A stretch of 64,000 nucleotides of DNA, from positions 251,846,001 through 251,910,000 of the forward strand of contig NC_086097.1 in NCBI RefSeq assembly GCF_963921235.1. The letters are read 5' to 3'. The translations under genes and the position numbers were made by a program. Under the pieces are notes generated by a model that was given only the letters and a program-made list of their open reading frames with translations, had not been told where the DNA came from and did not search any database. This stretch comes from Mobula hypostoma (Eukaryota). Of the stretch, positions 54,401-62,921 are shown piece after piece; positions within the stretch are counted from its first letter, which is position 1, and the number at the start of each line of letters is the position of its first letter.

Positions 54401-57400
54401 TCAGCAAGCCAGGCAGCATTTATGGAAATGAACAAATGGTCAACATTTTGGGCTGAGACTGGAAAGGACTGGAAAGGAAGGGTGAAGAAGCCGGATTTAG
54501 AAGGGAGGGGGAGGGGAAGGAGAGACCAGGTGGGGGGTAAGGTGGGTGAGTGAGGGAGGTGGCATGAAGTGAGAAATTTGAAGATGATAGGTAGAAAAGG
54601 TAAAGGGCTGGAAAAGAAGGAACCTGATTGGAAAGGAGAGTGGACCATGGTGAAAAGAGAACGAGGAGGAGAACTGGACAGAGGTGATAGGTGGAAATGG
54701 AAAAGGGCAGAAGAAGAAGGAATCTGATATAAACTGTGAAGCATCCTGGGTAACGATAGATTAGAAAGAAGTCAATGAGGCTGCCTTTGGGCTGAAACAA
54801 TAGCAAAATCTTGTTCATATATCTTGATGTATTAGAATGAGTTTATCTTTGCTATAGTTCAAAGTTCAAAGCTCTCAGAGTCAATGTATTGTCAAAGTAT
54901 GTCTGGGTCACCATATACTCCCTTTGCCTCCCTACTCTTAAGGTGTAAGCTCTAAAGTTGATAGTCTTGTATAAGTGAACTGAAGAAGTATTTTGCATCA
55001 CTCTTCACTGTGAAAGACACTAACAATATGGTGGAAGGTCCTGGGGTCATGAACTGTGTGCAATTACCATAACTAGAGGGAAGGTTCTTAGAAAACTGAA
55101 AGCTCTGAAGGTGGATAAGTCACCTGGACCAGATGGTGTACAGACCAGAGTTCAGAAAGAGGTGGCTGAAGAGATTGTGGAGACATTATTAATGATCTTT
55201 CAAGAATAACTAGATTCTGGAATTGTTCTGGAAAAAGAAAAATTGCAAATATCACTTTACTCTTCAAGAAGGGAGAGAGGCAGAAGAAAGGAAACTATAG
55301 GCCAGTCAGTCTGACCTCAGTGGTTGGAAAGATGTGGAGTCGATTATTAAGGATGAGGTCTCAGGGTATTTGGAAGCACATGATAAAATAGGCCAAAGTC
55401 AACATGGTATCCTCAAGGGAAAATCTTGCTTGACAAATCTGTTGGAATTCTTTAAGGAAGTAACAAGCTGGATAGACAAAGGAGAATTGGTTAATGTACA
55501 TTTGGATTTTCAGAGAACCTTTGAGAAGGTGCCACTCATGAGGCAGCTTAACAAATTATGAGCCCATGGTATTACAGGAAAGATTCTAGCTTGGATAAAG
55601 CAGTGTCTGAATGGCAGGAGGCAAAGAATATGAATAAAGGGAGCTTTTTCTGACTGGCTGCCAGTGACTAGTGGTGTTCCACAGGGTCTGTGCTGGAACC
55701 GGTTCTTTTTACTTTATATGTCAATGATTTGGATGATGGAATTGATGGCTTTGTTGCAAAGTCTACAGACGATTCAAAGATAGATGGAGAAGCAGGTAGT
55801 TTTGAGGTAGTCAAGAGGCCATAGAAGGACTTTGACGTATTGGGAAAATGGGCAAAGAAGTGGCAGATGGAATACAGTGCCAGGAAGTGTATGGTCATGC
55901 ACTTTGGTAGAAGAAATGAAAGGGTTGACTATTTTAGAAACATAGAAACATAGAAAATAGGTGCAGGAGTAGGCCATTCGGCCCTTCGAGCCTGCACCGC
56001 CATTTATTATGATCATGGCTGATCATCCAACTCAGAACCCAGCCTTCCCTCCATACCCCCTGACCCCTGTAGCCACAAGGGCCATATCTAACTTCCTTTT
56101 AAACATAGCTAATGAACTGGCCTCAACAGTTTGCTGTGGCAGAGAATTCCACAGATTCACCACTCTCTGTGTGAAGAAGTTTTTCCTAACCTCGGTCCTA
56201 AAAGGCTTCCCCTCTATCCTCAAACTGTGACCCCTCGTTCTAGACCTCCCCAACATCGGGAACAATCTTCCCGCATCTAGCCTGTCCAATCCCTTTAGGA
56301 TCTTATACGTTTCAATCAGATCCCCCCTCAATCTTCTAAATTCCAACGAGTACAAGCCCAGTTCATCCAGTCTTTCTTCATATGAAAGACCTGCCATCCC
56401 AGGACTCAATCTGGTGAACCTTCTTTGTACTCCCTCTATGGCAAAGATGTCTTTCCTCAGATTAGGGGACCAAAACTGCACACAATACTCCAGGTGTGGT
56501 CTCACCAAGGCCTTGTACAACTGCAGTAGTACCTCCCTGCTCCTGTACTCGAATCCTCTCGCTATAAATGCCAGCATACCGTTCGCCTTTTTCACCGCCT
56601 GCTGTACCTGCATGCCCACTTTCAATGACTGGTGTATAATGACACCCAGGTCTCGTTGCACCTCCCCTTTTCCTAATCGGCCACCATTCAGATAATAATC
56701 TGTTTTCCTATTTTTGCCACCAAAGTGGATAACTTCACATTTATCCACATTAAATTGCATCTGCCATGAGTTTGCCCACTCACCCAACCTATCCAAGTCA
56801 CCCTGCATCCTCTTAGCATCCTCCTCACTGCTAACACTGCCACCCAGCTTTGTGTCATCCGCAAACTTGGAGATGCTGCATTTAATTCCCTCATCCAAGT
56901 CATTAATATATATTGTAAACAACTGGGGTCCCAGCACTGAGCCTTGCGGTACCCCACTAGTCACCGCCTGCCATTCTGAAAAGGTCCCGTTTATTCCCAC
57001 TCTTTGCTTCCTGTCTGCTAACCAATTCTCCACCCACACCAATACCTTACCCCCAATACCGTGTGCTTTAAGTTTGCACACTAATCTCCTATGTGGGACC
57101 TTGTCAAAAGCCTTTTGAAAATCCAAATATACCACATCCACTGGTTCTCCCCTATCCACTCTACTAGTTACATCCTCAAAAAATTCTATGAGATTCGTCA
57201 GACATGATTTTCCTTTCACAAATCCATGCTGACTTTGTCCGATCATTTCACCGCTTTCCAAATGTGCTGTTATCACATCCTTGATAACTGACTCCAGCAG
57301 TTTCCATTTTGTAAATGGAGAGAAAATACAAAAAAAAATGAGACGCAAAGGGACTTGGGATTTCCTAAATGTTAATTTGCAGGTTGAGTCTGTGGTGAGG

Positions 57401-60400
57401 AAGGCAAATGCGTTGTTGGAATTCATTTTAAGATGACTGAAATATAAAAGCAAGGATGTAATGTTGAGGTTTTATAAAGCACTGCTGAGGCCTCACTGGG
57501 AGTGTTGTGAGCAGTTTTGGGCCCCTTATCTTAGAAAGGACGTGCTGAAACTGGACAGAGTTCATGAAATGATTCCAGGATTTTCATAAAAAGATCTTCT
57601 GATGGCTCTGGGCCTGTATTCACTGGAATTCAGAAGAATGAGGGGTGACCTCATTTAAACCTATTGAATGGTGAAAGGCCTTGATACAGTGGATGTGGAG
57701 AGGATGTTTCCTATGGTGGGAAAGTCTTAGACTAGAGGATACAGCCTCAAAATAGAGAGGCGTCCTGTTGCAACGGGAATGAAGAGGAATTTCGTTAGCT
57801 AGAGAGTGGTGAATCTGTGGAATTCATTGTCACAGGCCGTTGTGGAGGCCAAGTCTTTATGGATATTTGATATTGGATGGGCATGAAGGGATATGGGGAG
57901 AAGGCAGGAGATTGGGGCTGAGAGGGAAAATGGATCAGCCATGATGAAATGATGGAGCAGACTCGATGGGTCAAATTCTGCTCCAATATTTTATGGTCTT
58001 ATGTATTTCAGATCATCTGAAAGCCTCTCTACTCCTATCTTGGGTGCCAGGTGAGTGTAACAATTATTGCGAGACAATTACAGCTCAGGGCGTTCTAGAG
58101 CTTGAAGCTCAGTTCCAGCACTGTCTGTCAGGAGGTTGGCCCATGAGTGCGTAGTTTTCCTTCAGATGCTCCGGTTTCCTCCCACAGTCTAAAAGTATAT
58201 TGCTTAGTAGGTATTGTGCTGTGACTGGGCGAGGTTAAATCGGAGGGTTGCTGGGCAGTGCAGTTCATTGGTTCAGGAGGGCCTGTTCCAAGCTGTATTG
58301 CTAAAGAAATCGATCATAAATAAATGTAAGACCTTTGGACTAACAATGTGATCTTTTCAGGTTCTGGTCCATTTAAATATTTGTTCACTCGTGTTCTAAC
58401 TGGTCACATTTCTCCCACAGAGCTGAGGAATGGAGTCCCTTCACTCACCATTAATCATGGTTCGGGGCCGCTCCATCTCCAGATGCAGGCCAGTGTCTAT
58501 GTTGCAGACCGTCACTGGCATAGGCTGGATATAAGGAGTGATGGAAAGGTACGCAGGAGTTCCCAGGGATTTGAAGAAGCAGAACTTGCTTAGGCACCAA
58601 ATAATTCCATCAAAACCATGGCACAGAAGGCCCATCTAGTCCTTCTTCTTTGTTTTAAGCCCATCACCCCTACTGGGCACAGGCTGCCAACAGCAGTTTG
58701 CCGGAGTCCTCTGTCCTGGGCCAGATTTTCAGTCTTACAAGATGTAGCCCATCAAAGATCCTTCCTCTCCCAGGGTTGAGGACTTTAGAGTTACCATTGG
58801 TGCTTCTGTAGCTCTGAGTTTTTACGGGGTAGGGTTGCTAACCCCATGCCCAACCCTCCTCCTCTCACAGCCGGGCTTGGTGGAGTTTATCTAATCCTTG
58901 CCAAGTCCCATCGACCTTCATCCACACACCATAGCCTTCCATTCTGCTCCCATCCATGTCCCTATCCAAACTTTGCAATCAAACCCATATCCTCCACTTC
59001 CTCTGGCAGCTTGTCCCACACTTCCATGATCCTCTGAGTGAAGAAATTCCCCCTCATGTTCTCCTTAAACATTTCACCTTTCACCCTTAACCCATGACCT
59101 CTAGTTGTAGTCTCACCCAACCTCAGTGGAACTAGCATGCTTGCACTTACCCTATCTATACCCCACATAATTCCTAGAAATACTCATGGAACACACCCAA
59201 ATTCTGACAGAATACCAGAAGCCAGCTCAAAGTTTAGAACATAGAAGACAGAACAGTACAGCTCAGGAAAAGGCCCCTCAGCCCATAATGTTATACCATA
59301 CTGATTAAGCTAGTAACTGGGTTGGCACAGTTGTGCAGTGGTTAGCATAACACAATTACAGCACCTGCGACACGGGTTCAGTTCCTGCCACTGCCCGTAA
59401 GGAGTTTGTATCTTCTCCCTCTGACCGCGTGGATGTCCCCCACCATGCCAAAGGTGTACTGGGTAATCGGTCACATAGATGTAACTGGGTGGCACGGGCC
59501 AGCAGGGTTGTTATCCTGCTGGATCTCCGAATGAATGTCCAACTAAACTAATCTCTTCTGCCTACACAATATCCACATCCCTCCATTCCGTACACATTCA
59601 TGTGTGTATCTATCATCCTCTTAAAAGCCTCTATTATATTTGCCCCCCCCCTCACCACCCCTGACAATTCATTCCAGGCACCCACCACTCTCTGTGTAAC
59701 AAAATCATGCCCGTCACATCTCCTTTGAACTTACCCCTCTCTCGCCTTAAATGCGTGCCATCTGGTACCAGACAGTTCAACCCTGGGTATGAGGTACTGT
59801 CTGTCTACTTGATCTATGCCTCTCATAATCTTATAGACCTCTATCGGATAAGAAGGCAATCTCCCCTCTCCATTGCAGAGTGATCTCACCAGTGATAAAA
59901 GGTCAGCACAACATTGTGGGCTGAAGGGTCTGTTCTGTGCTGTAATGTTCTATGTTGTTGTTTCAATGAAACTCAGTCATGAAAAGAATGCTATAAACGG
60001 AATGTTTCAGTGCATTGGAAGATTGAATTGTTAGGTTTAGGCCTGTATGTTTTGCAGTACAACAATACTGAGATAAGTCCTGATTTGTGCAGAGAGTGGA
60101 GATGATCCTTGACCGTTGTGTTGCTGCTCCTGTGTCTGAGGCAGGAGGCGTGGGCAGGAGCCGCTCAGAAATGGACCGCAGCTTGTGTGAGGTCTCAGGG
60201 GAAACTCCTGGCGAAGCAAGGTAAAGTCTAGTTTGAAACGTAATAATTGGTGTTCTGTGGTAAAATTACCAAACACCTCTGGGGTGTTGACTGTCTCCTG
60301 GTGATTCAGTAAACAGCCGCAGAAAGTTGTGAACTCAGCCAGCCTCGTCATGGGCACTAGCCTCCCCAGTATTGGGGACACCTTCAAAAGGTGGTGCCCC

Positions 60401-62255
60401 AAGACGGTGACACCACCTTTATGTATTATGTATTATGTATTGCTGCCACGGAATAACAAATTAAACCAATCTCTGATTCTGATCCAGTCAATTGTTGTGT
60501 ACAATATATTCTACCATTGTTTGATATGCAAAAAAATCACCTTGACCTTCATAAACACAAAAGATTCTGCAGATATTGGAAATCCAGAGCAACAAAATGC
60601 TAGAGGAACTGAGCAGTTCACGCAGCATCCATGCAAATGAATAAACAGTTGACATTTCCAGTCAAGACCTTTCTTCAGGACTGATGAAGGTCTTAGCCCA
60701 AAACATCGATTGTTTGTGTGTCATTTTGCACTTGTCAGGATCTGATTCCATCTTTTCCTTCAAATCTAAGATAATCCTTTTCCTTCTCACAACATCATAG
60801 CATTCCATGTTATTTGCAATTTTCCCTAATTTCATTATAGCCTGCCTCCTATTTGTTGAGTAGTACTTTACATAAGAACATAAGAAATAGGAGCAGGAGT
60901 TAGCCATCCGGCCCATCGAGCCTGCCCCGCCATTCAATAAGATCATGGCTGATCTGTCCATAAACTCAGCTCCATCTACCTGCCTTTTCTCCATAACCCT
61001 TAATTCTCCTACTGTGTAAAAATCTGTCTAACTGTATCTTAAATATATTTAGTGAAGAAGCCTCAACTGCTTCCCTGGGCAGAGAATTCCACAGATTCAC
61101 CACTCTCTGGGAAAAACAGTTTCTCCTCATCTCCGTCCTAAATCTTCTCCCTTGAATCTTGAGGCAATGTCCCCTAGTTCTAGTCTCACCTACCAATGGA
61201 AACAACTTTCCTACTTCTATCTTATCTATCCCTTTCAAAATTTTGTATGTTTCTATAAGATCCCCTCTCATTCTTCTGAATTCCAGAGAGTATAGTCCCA
61301 GGCAACTCAATCTCTCCTCATAGGTTAACCCCTTCATCCTTAGAATCAACCTGGTGAACCTCCTCTGCACCGCCTCCAAAGCCAGTATATCCTTCCTCAA
61401 GTAAGGAGACTAGAACTGCACACAGTACTCCAGGTGCGGCCTCACCAGTACCCTGTATAGTTGCAGCATGACCTCCCTGCTCTTGAATTCAATCCCTCTA
61501 ACAACAAAGGCCAAAATTCCGTTTGCCTTCTTAATAACCTGTTGTACCTGCAAGTCAACTTTTTGCGATTCATGCACAAGCACTCCCAGGTCCCTCTACA
61601 CAACAGCATGCTGCAACCTTTCACCATTTAAATAATAATCTTTGAGCTGTTCTATCATCTCTGTTAGATTTCTAAATGTTCAGCAACCACTTCAGCTGGG
61701 TGGAACGAAGAAGGCAGCACCACATCTCCCTGGACAACTACACTTCACAGGATTCACAGGCTGTGTGAGAAACCTCATTGTGGACAGCAAGGTAAGGAGA
61801 AATGCTGGAAGTACTCAGCAGGTCAGGCAGCGTCTGTGGGGAGAGAAACCGAGTTAATTTTTTTAGGCTAATGAATGTACAAAAGTGCTTTCTGTGAATT
61901 GAACTCCAAACTCTGATGCCCTGAGATGTAATAATGTCGTGCTAACCGTCACGGCCCTGTGGTGCCTATACAGCATATATAATTACAAAAAAGCACAATA
62001 CAGTCACGTGATGTTCACTGTATTTTTGTTTCTAAGTAGAGGCATCTGTTCTCATTCTTCCTCTCTGCTGCCAGGTGTACGATCTGGGGAATCCCGCAGA
62101 GTTCCTGAGTGGGGTGCCAGGCTGTGAACTGACCGACGGGGTGTGCCACAGCGCTGGGACGTACTCCTGTGGCATTCGTGGGGAATGTCTAGGAGAATGG
62201 GGCTCCTTCAGCTGCCACTGCAGACCAGGTTATACCGGATACAAGTGTGAGAAAG
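1002..62255 (+). CDS. Type III / DN-cadherin-like (neural-cadherin-like, cHz-type) classical cadherin; partial gene, 22 exons in window
   Basis: Manual splicing gives one open frame of about 1724 codons: 11 EC repeats closed by DxNDN-type linkers plus a degenerate 12th EC, then the NC domain (GITAEEFI...), EGF, LamG and EGF. All introns are GT-AG with matching phases. This domain order matches Drosophila DN-cadherin and chicken cHz-cadherin, not 5-EC vertebrate CDH2. Confidence 0.93.
1165..1980 (+). mobile_element. CR1 LINE 3' fragment (decayed)
   Basis: EQRDLGVHVH and ALERVQRR...DLIEVY ORF2 C-terminal peptides; tatgttct tail. Confidence 0.9.
3120..3705 (-). mobile_element. Putative RTE-derived non-autonomous element
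   Basis: GC-rich block resembling the other RTE-like inserts in the window; family not verified. Confidence 0.4.
3996..4709 (+). mobile_element. Young 5'-truncated CR1 nested in a V-SINE
   Basis: Intact ORF2 C-terminus (ORF 3904-4638); (ttctatg)n tail; gatttgat at both 3988-3995 and 4710-4717. Confidence 0.92.
4945..5755 (-). mobile_element. CR1 fragment interrupted by a V-SINE (about 5420-5630)
   Basis: accataag tail; NFFNQRVVNLWNSLP peptide. Confidence 0.85.
5911..6083 (+). CDS. Cadherin exon 2 (GIIKLRRSPPPKLQGPQY...DDVNNNKPVFPE)
   Basis: aacag acceptor, GAG|gtacgt donor; phases 1 to 0. Confidence 0.9.
6360..7240. mobile_element. CR1 (+) with nested CR1 (-) at about 6440-6795
   Basis: CR1 C-terminal peptides on both strands. 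Confidence 0.8.
7588..7756 (+). CDS. Cadherin exon 3 (CLKYSEDACVLENQPPGTFVLQVKAFDADLG...NPDT)
   Basis: atcag acceptor, G|gtgagt donor; LEN and AxDxD motifs. Confidence 0.93.
8500..8865 (-). mobile_element. Rex1/Babar-like LINE 3' fragment; similar copies at about 19835-20230, 21640-22200, 24880-25275, 32820-33135, 39580-40010, 40365-40795, 42780-43240, 43810-44200, 46855-47480 and 51745-52480
   Basis: Recurrent ASIIKDPHHPGHALFSLLPSGRRYRS...FRNSFFP peptide; (tctgat)n or (ttgaac)n tails. Confidence 0.8.
9745..10047 (+). mobile_element. CR1 3' end; similar short copies at about 7837-8125, 13270-13578, 19340-19830 (-), 45375-45910, 47740-48150 and 49687-50142
   Basis: AVEAKSLGIFK peptide; conserved 3' UTR aaatcagccatgatggaatgg...tatggtct. 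Confidence 0.85.
10074..10244 (+). CDS. Cadherin exon 4 (GSITTTQSFDRERQREY...DENDNDPKF)
   Basis: ggtag acceptor, gtaagc donor; FDRE and DxNDN motifs. Confidence 0.94.
11196..11368 (+). CDS. Cadherin exon 5 (YYLREDTPVG...VNHPISQ)
   Basis: cctag acceptor, CAG|gtaaga donor. Confidence 0.93.
12405..12775 (-). mobile_element. RTE-type non-autonomous/SINE-like element; second copy at about 20885-21110 (+)
   Basis: (gat)n tail; the two copies share gatcagggt(c/g)acatgaagc...gggagcaggtggtggatgg. Confidence 0.6.
13184..13261. mobile_element. About 80-bp hAT (Charlie-like) MITE
   Basis: TIRs caggggttccca / tgggaacccatg; flanks ctctattc / ctctagtg. Confidence 0.75.
13603..13770 (+). CDS. Cadherin exon 6 (VAHISCQITAMDGGG...NIHNQPPQW...IPENTTRDLRIV)
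   Basis: tccag acceptor, GTG|gtacgt donor; phase 0-0. Confidence 0.92.
13782..14385 (-). mobile_element. Young CR1, same subfamily as 3996-4709
   Basis: ORF 13946-14398 is nearly identical to ORF 3904-4638; (aacatag)n tail. Confidence 0.92.
14795..17095 (+). mobile_element. Young 2.3-kb CR1 ORF2 (end of APE domain, RT, C-terminus) with one nonsense codon; nested in an older CR1 (about 14700-14794 and 17096-17605)
   Basis: PLGGSDHN, KSPGPDG, NYRPVSL, LDFQKAFD, GVPQGSVLGP and FADD motifs; TAG at 16684-16686, then the same frame continues to 17001; (tatggtct) tail; atgg at both junctions. Confidence 0.96.
18397..18631. mobile_element. Solo LTR (TGTT...AACA); related copies at 53138-53383 and about 62571-62755
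   Basis: TG...CA ends; shared internal ctaattcaaag...aacaagaa(c/t)gcttaatcaa; each copy interrupts a different host repeat. Confidence 0.6.
20497..20746 (+). CDS. Cadherin exon 7 (TVKATSPLGDPRVTY...LDFE...INLT)
   Basis: tgtag acceptor, G|gtaggg donor. Confidence 0.93.
21445..21572 (+). CDS. Cadherin exon 8 (DVNDNVPFF...VPEG...ATDLDSGRHGK)
   Basis: tccag acceptor, AAG|gtgaga donor. Confidence 0.94.
21765..21959 (+). mobile_element. Penelope terminal-repeat insertion with inverted 5' copy (hairpin) inside Rex1
   Basis: Inverted arms of about 65 bp; 13-bp TSD ccata(t/g)gttatgg at 21752-21764 and 21960-21972; empty host site visible at about 52001. Confidence 0.85.
21826..21861 (+). ncRNA. Minimal hammerhead ribozyme motif (partly degenerate)
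   Basis: CTGACGA-aggatctcggccc-GAAA-tGTC. Confidence 0.55.
22967..23002 (-). ncRNA. Minimal type I hammerhead ribozyme motif, intact core
   Basis: Minus strand agtc-CTGACGA-a-gggtctcggccc-GAAA-cGTC-gact: stem I agtc/gact, stem II ggg/ccc, palindromic ACGT stem III, GUC cleavage triplet. Confidence 0.75.
23295..23330 (+). ncRNA. Minimal hammerhead ribozyme motif in the right arm
   Basis: agtc-CTGACGA-agggtctgggccg-GAAA-cGTT-gact; stem II has mismatches. Confidence 0.6.
24325..24560 (+). mobile_element. RTE-derived non-autonomous element nested in Rex1; relatives at about 446-700 (-), 50850-51130 (+) and 58645-58885 (-)
   Basis: 3' end encodes a decayed RTE-type LAQDRGLW...VGGLC peptide; (aag)n tail. 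Confidence 0.6.
26648..26792 (+). mobile_element. Penelope terminal-repeat insertion forming a perfect 50-bp hairpin
   Basis: Arms 26647-26696 and 26704-26753; 14-bp TSD agtttagttggcca at 26634-26647 and 26793-26806. Confidence 0.9.
27668..27945 (+). mobile_element. tRNA-derived V-SINE; other copies at about 9120-9440, 25780-26020 (-), 44500-44700 (-), 58080-58325 and 59320-59535
   Basis: A box tagcatagcagtt, B box ggttcaatccc, V-domain-like tttcctctggatgctctggtttc, (taaa)n tail. Confidence 0.75.
28071..28257 (+). CDS. Cadherin exon 9 (VNYAIVKD...FDREVK...GQPNT)
   Basis: accag acceptor, G|gtacac donor. Confidence 0.93.
28340..28865 (-). mobile_element. Putative RTE-derived non-autonomous element
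   Basis: Similar organisation to 29161-29605 (ctggtgaagggg / ctggtgaggagg; ccactta..aa.ctc motif). Confidence 0.45.
29120..29805 (+). mobile_element. R4/Dong-like LINE restriction-like endonuclease fragment, split by an RTE-type insert (about 29161-29605)
   Basis: YFDQSVITDKTI ... PDVITQDKEIRTAYLIDIGIPNTHNLQISISEKHLKHADLKEEIGRFW; preceded by (taa)n. Confidence 0.75.
30256..30399 (+). CDS. Cadherin exon 10 (DMAYVRIFVSDVNDNAPFF...ANDGDE)
   Basis: cacag acceptor, G|gtgtgt donor. Confidence 0.93.
30485..31030. mobile_element. Tc1-like DNA transposon remnant
   Basis: Homologous to 41421-42404; contains the aagtggccactg TIR-like motif. Confidence 0.7.
31030..31650 (+). mobile_element. Penelope 3' region with tandem terminal repeats; others at about 10350-10590, 43470-43790, 50190-50550, 54335-54730 and 60553-60720
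   Basis: Pyrimidine-rich 3' UTR; gctgcctgacctgctgagttcctccagc; decayed hammerhead ccgatgaagggtctcagcctgaaacatc. Confidence 0.7.
31976..32508. repeat. Compound (CA)n / (CACT)n / CCTACACTCACTCT micro-minisatellite
   Basis: Seen directly. Confidence 0.97.
33242..33315. mobile_element. hAT MITE copy, right TIR damaged
   Basis: caggggttcccaacc...gccatggaccaat; left flank gtctagat. Confidence 0.7.
33798..34228 (+). mobile_element. 5'-truncated L1/Tx1-like LINE with 17-bp TSD
   Basis: YSLRIQKENLYQIWNKWVEFITPMRADFR*; AATAAA plus A-rich tail; gagattcatcttcttac at 33781-33797 and 34229-34245. Confidence 0.8.
34646..34898 (-). mobile_element. Solo LTR (253 bp) inside a CR1 3' end
   Basis: TG...CA ends; 5-bp TSD gtaac at 34641-34645 and 34899-34903; AATAAA on the minus strand; internal (TA)n. 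Confidence 0.85.
35338..35621 (+). CDS. Cadherin exon 11 (GANAKLRYQI...LNYE...NKNDEAPVF...VLQ)
   Basis: tacag acceptor, CAG|gtatgt donor. Confidence 0.94.
35774..36700 (-). mobile_element. Young CR1, same subfamily as 14795-17095
   Basis: ADDTKIGGGAGSAEE...DVAKLFPMMGESSTRGH is nearly identical to the + copy; a few frameshifts. Confidence 0.93.
36840..37790 (+). mobile_element. Penelope-like element 3' part: decayed GIY-YIG endonuclease, 3' UTR and terminal repeat
   Basis: HFTCESVGVI...YIG...RLGDRFANHL...VATHYNS; terminal cccgaaacgtcgactgtac...gatgctg. Confidence 0.8.
38062..39303 (+). CDS. Cadherin exon 12, 1242 bp, nearly four EC repeats
   Basis: tgcag acceptor, GAG|gttcta donor; LDRE x2, LNYE and LDHE motifs; DVNDN, DVNDH, DYNDH and DVNDN linkers. 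Confidence 0.95.
39345..39422. repeat. (CT)n microsatellite
   Basis: Seen directly. Confidence 0.95.
40979..41354 (+). CDS. Cadherin exon 13 (VPYAPVVWEN...FDREEQK...DVNDHPH...HYK)
   Basis: tacag acceptor, G|gtatgg donor. Confidence 0.94.
41421..42404. mobile_element. Internally deleted Tc1-like element with nested hAT MITE and two CR1 3' fragments
   Basis: Ends tacactgatcagccacttta / taaagtggccactgagtgta (imperfect TIRs, TA flanks). Confidence 0.75.
41658..41737. mobile_element. 80-bp hAT (Charlie-like) MITE with 8-bp TSD
   Basis: Perfect 12-bp TIR caggggttccca / tgggaacccctg; TSD ctctagag / atctagag; empty site in the paralogous Tc1 at 30760-30767. Confidence 0.9.
44276..44369 (+). CDS. 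Cadherin exon 14 (GQLGNTELGKVHAPDLDDWDLKTY...), last EC
   Basis: ctcag acceptor, AG|gtaagg donor; DxDDWD motif typical of the last EC of DN-type cadherins. Confidence 0.9.
46557..46741 (+). CDS. Cadherin exon 15 (YFTLNEKSG...AVYNAGSLRLS)
   Basis: ttcag acceptor, G|gtgagc donor; phases 2 to 1. Confidence 0.91.
49377..49609 (+). CDS. Cadherin exon 16, NC (SEA-like) domain (GITAEEFI...IDIFSV...VDVWYTAQESP...)
   Basis: aacag acceptor, ACG|gtgtgt donor; GITxEEFI and DIFSV motifs. Confidence 0.9.
51305..51582 (+). CDS. Cadherin exon 17, NC end / Cys-rich region / EGF1 (VGVDEC...NPCLNGGTC)
   Basis: tgcag acceptor, AG|gtaact donor. Confidence 0.93.
53532..53746 (+). CDS. Cadherin exon 18, EGF1 end / LamG1 start (CECSPMFDGPECQQ...GLLLYNGP)
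   Basis: aatag acceptor, G|gtacaa donor. Confidence 0.93.
54975..58005 (+). mobile_element. Older decayed CR1 ORF2, split by the antisense CR1 at 55936-57305
   Basis: DKSPGPDG, NYRPVSL and GKSCLTNL motifs with stops and frameshifts; resumes after 57305 and ends in a tatggtct tail. Confidence 0.9.
55936..57305 (-). mobile_element. Young CR1 with open RT plus C-terminal ORF, nested antisense in an older CR1
   Basis: ORF 56032-57453 (LDFQKAFD, GVPQGSVLGP, FADD); (agaaacat)n tail on +; TSD atttt at 55931-55935 and 57306-57310. Confidence 0.95.
58421..58548 (+). CDS. Cadherin exon 19, LamG1 (ELRNGVPSL...ADRHWHRLDI)
   Basis: cacag acceptor, AAG|gtacgc donor; DxxWH LamG motif. Confidence 0.93.
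60093..60220 (+). CDS. Cadherin exon 20, LamG1 (RVEMILDRC...DRSLCEVSGETPGEA)
   Basis: tgcag acceptor, AG|gtaaag donor; phases 0 to 2 bridge exons 19 and 21. Confidence 0.88.
60870..61641 (-). mobile_element. Young CR1 3' fragment
   Basis: ORF 60966-61400; (cataagaa)n tail. Confidence 0.92.
61668..61791 (+). CDS. Cadherin exon 21, LamG1 end (FLNVQQPLQLGG...GFTGCVRNL)
   Basis: gttag acceptor, AAG|gtaagg donor; LQLGG and FxGC motifs. Confidence 0.93.
62075..62255 (+). CDS. Cadherin exon 22, EGF2 (VYDLGNP...CHCRPGYTGYKCEK)
   Basis: gccag acceptor, G|gtaaag donor; EGF cysteine pattern. Confidence 0.93.
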
Positions 62256-62921
62256 GTAAAGTGAATTGTGTATTCTGTTTGGAGATTAAATTAGACCATT
62301 TTGGTGGCAGGGGGTTTGTGGAACTAAACTCATGGAAATTGAAGATTCAAGATAGTTCATTTTCATTATTCAGCTTGAGTGTAAAGGAGAACGAAATGAT
62401 TGTTACTGCGGATACGATGCAGCACACGTGCACTCTACAGACAAACTTCCATGCTTCATTTACTAAAAGTTTAAAGATTTAAAGATGAGCTGTATTTGAC
62501 ATATGTACATTGTAACATACAGAGAAATGTGTAGCTTGCATCAAAGCAGATTAGTGAGCATTCTGCTGGGTGTTATGTTTCACAGCTCCAGAAATTAATC
62601 AAAAGAAAAACACAGGAGCTCGGGATACCATGTTGACTTTGTTTTATTTTAGTTTATTTCCTTTACTGAGGTGCTGACTTATGACTCAGTGGCATAATGA
62701 CGTGTGCCATTCACATACTTCTTACATAAAACCCGTAATGAATTATGTAAACAGGCATCATCATCTTTACTATGTGCCATGTCAAATGATATTGTTGATC
62801 GTGGTCACAACACATTCACAGTGTCACTCAGATACCAAGTACATTACACTGGGCAGCTCGCAAGTGTCAGCATGCTTCCGGCACCAACGTAGCATCCACT
62901 AAACCTAACCCAGAAGACCGT

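Noticed and set aside
56032..57453. 473-aa ORF as a novel RT fusion
   Set aside because: The first ~50 aa are antisense read-through of the host CR1 beyond the TSD at 57306.
1002..62255. Calling the gene CDH2, or a protocadherin cluster
   Set aside because: At least 12 ECs plus NC, EGF and LamG in one spliced frame fit neither.
1002..62255. Mutually exclusive duplicated exons as in Drosophila CadN
   Set aside because: No duplicate cadherin-like exons were seen by eye, and the 22 exons already give a complete frame; diverged ones cannot be fully excluded.
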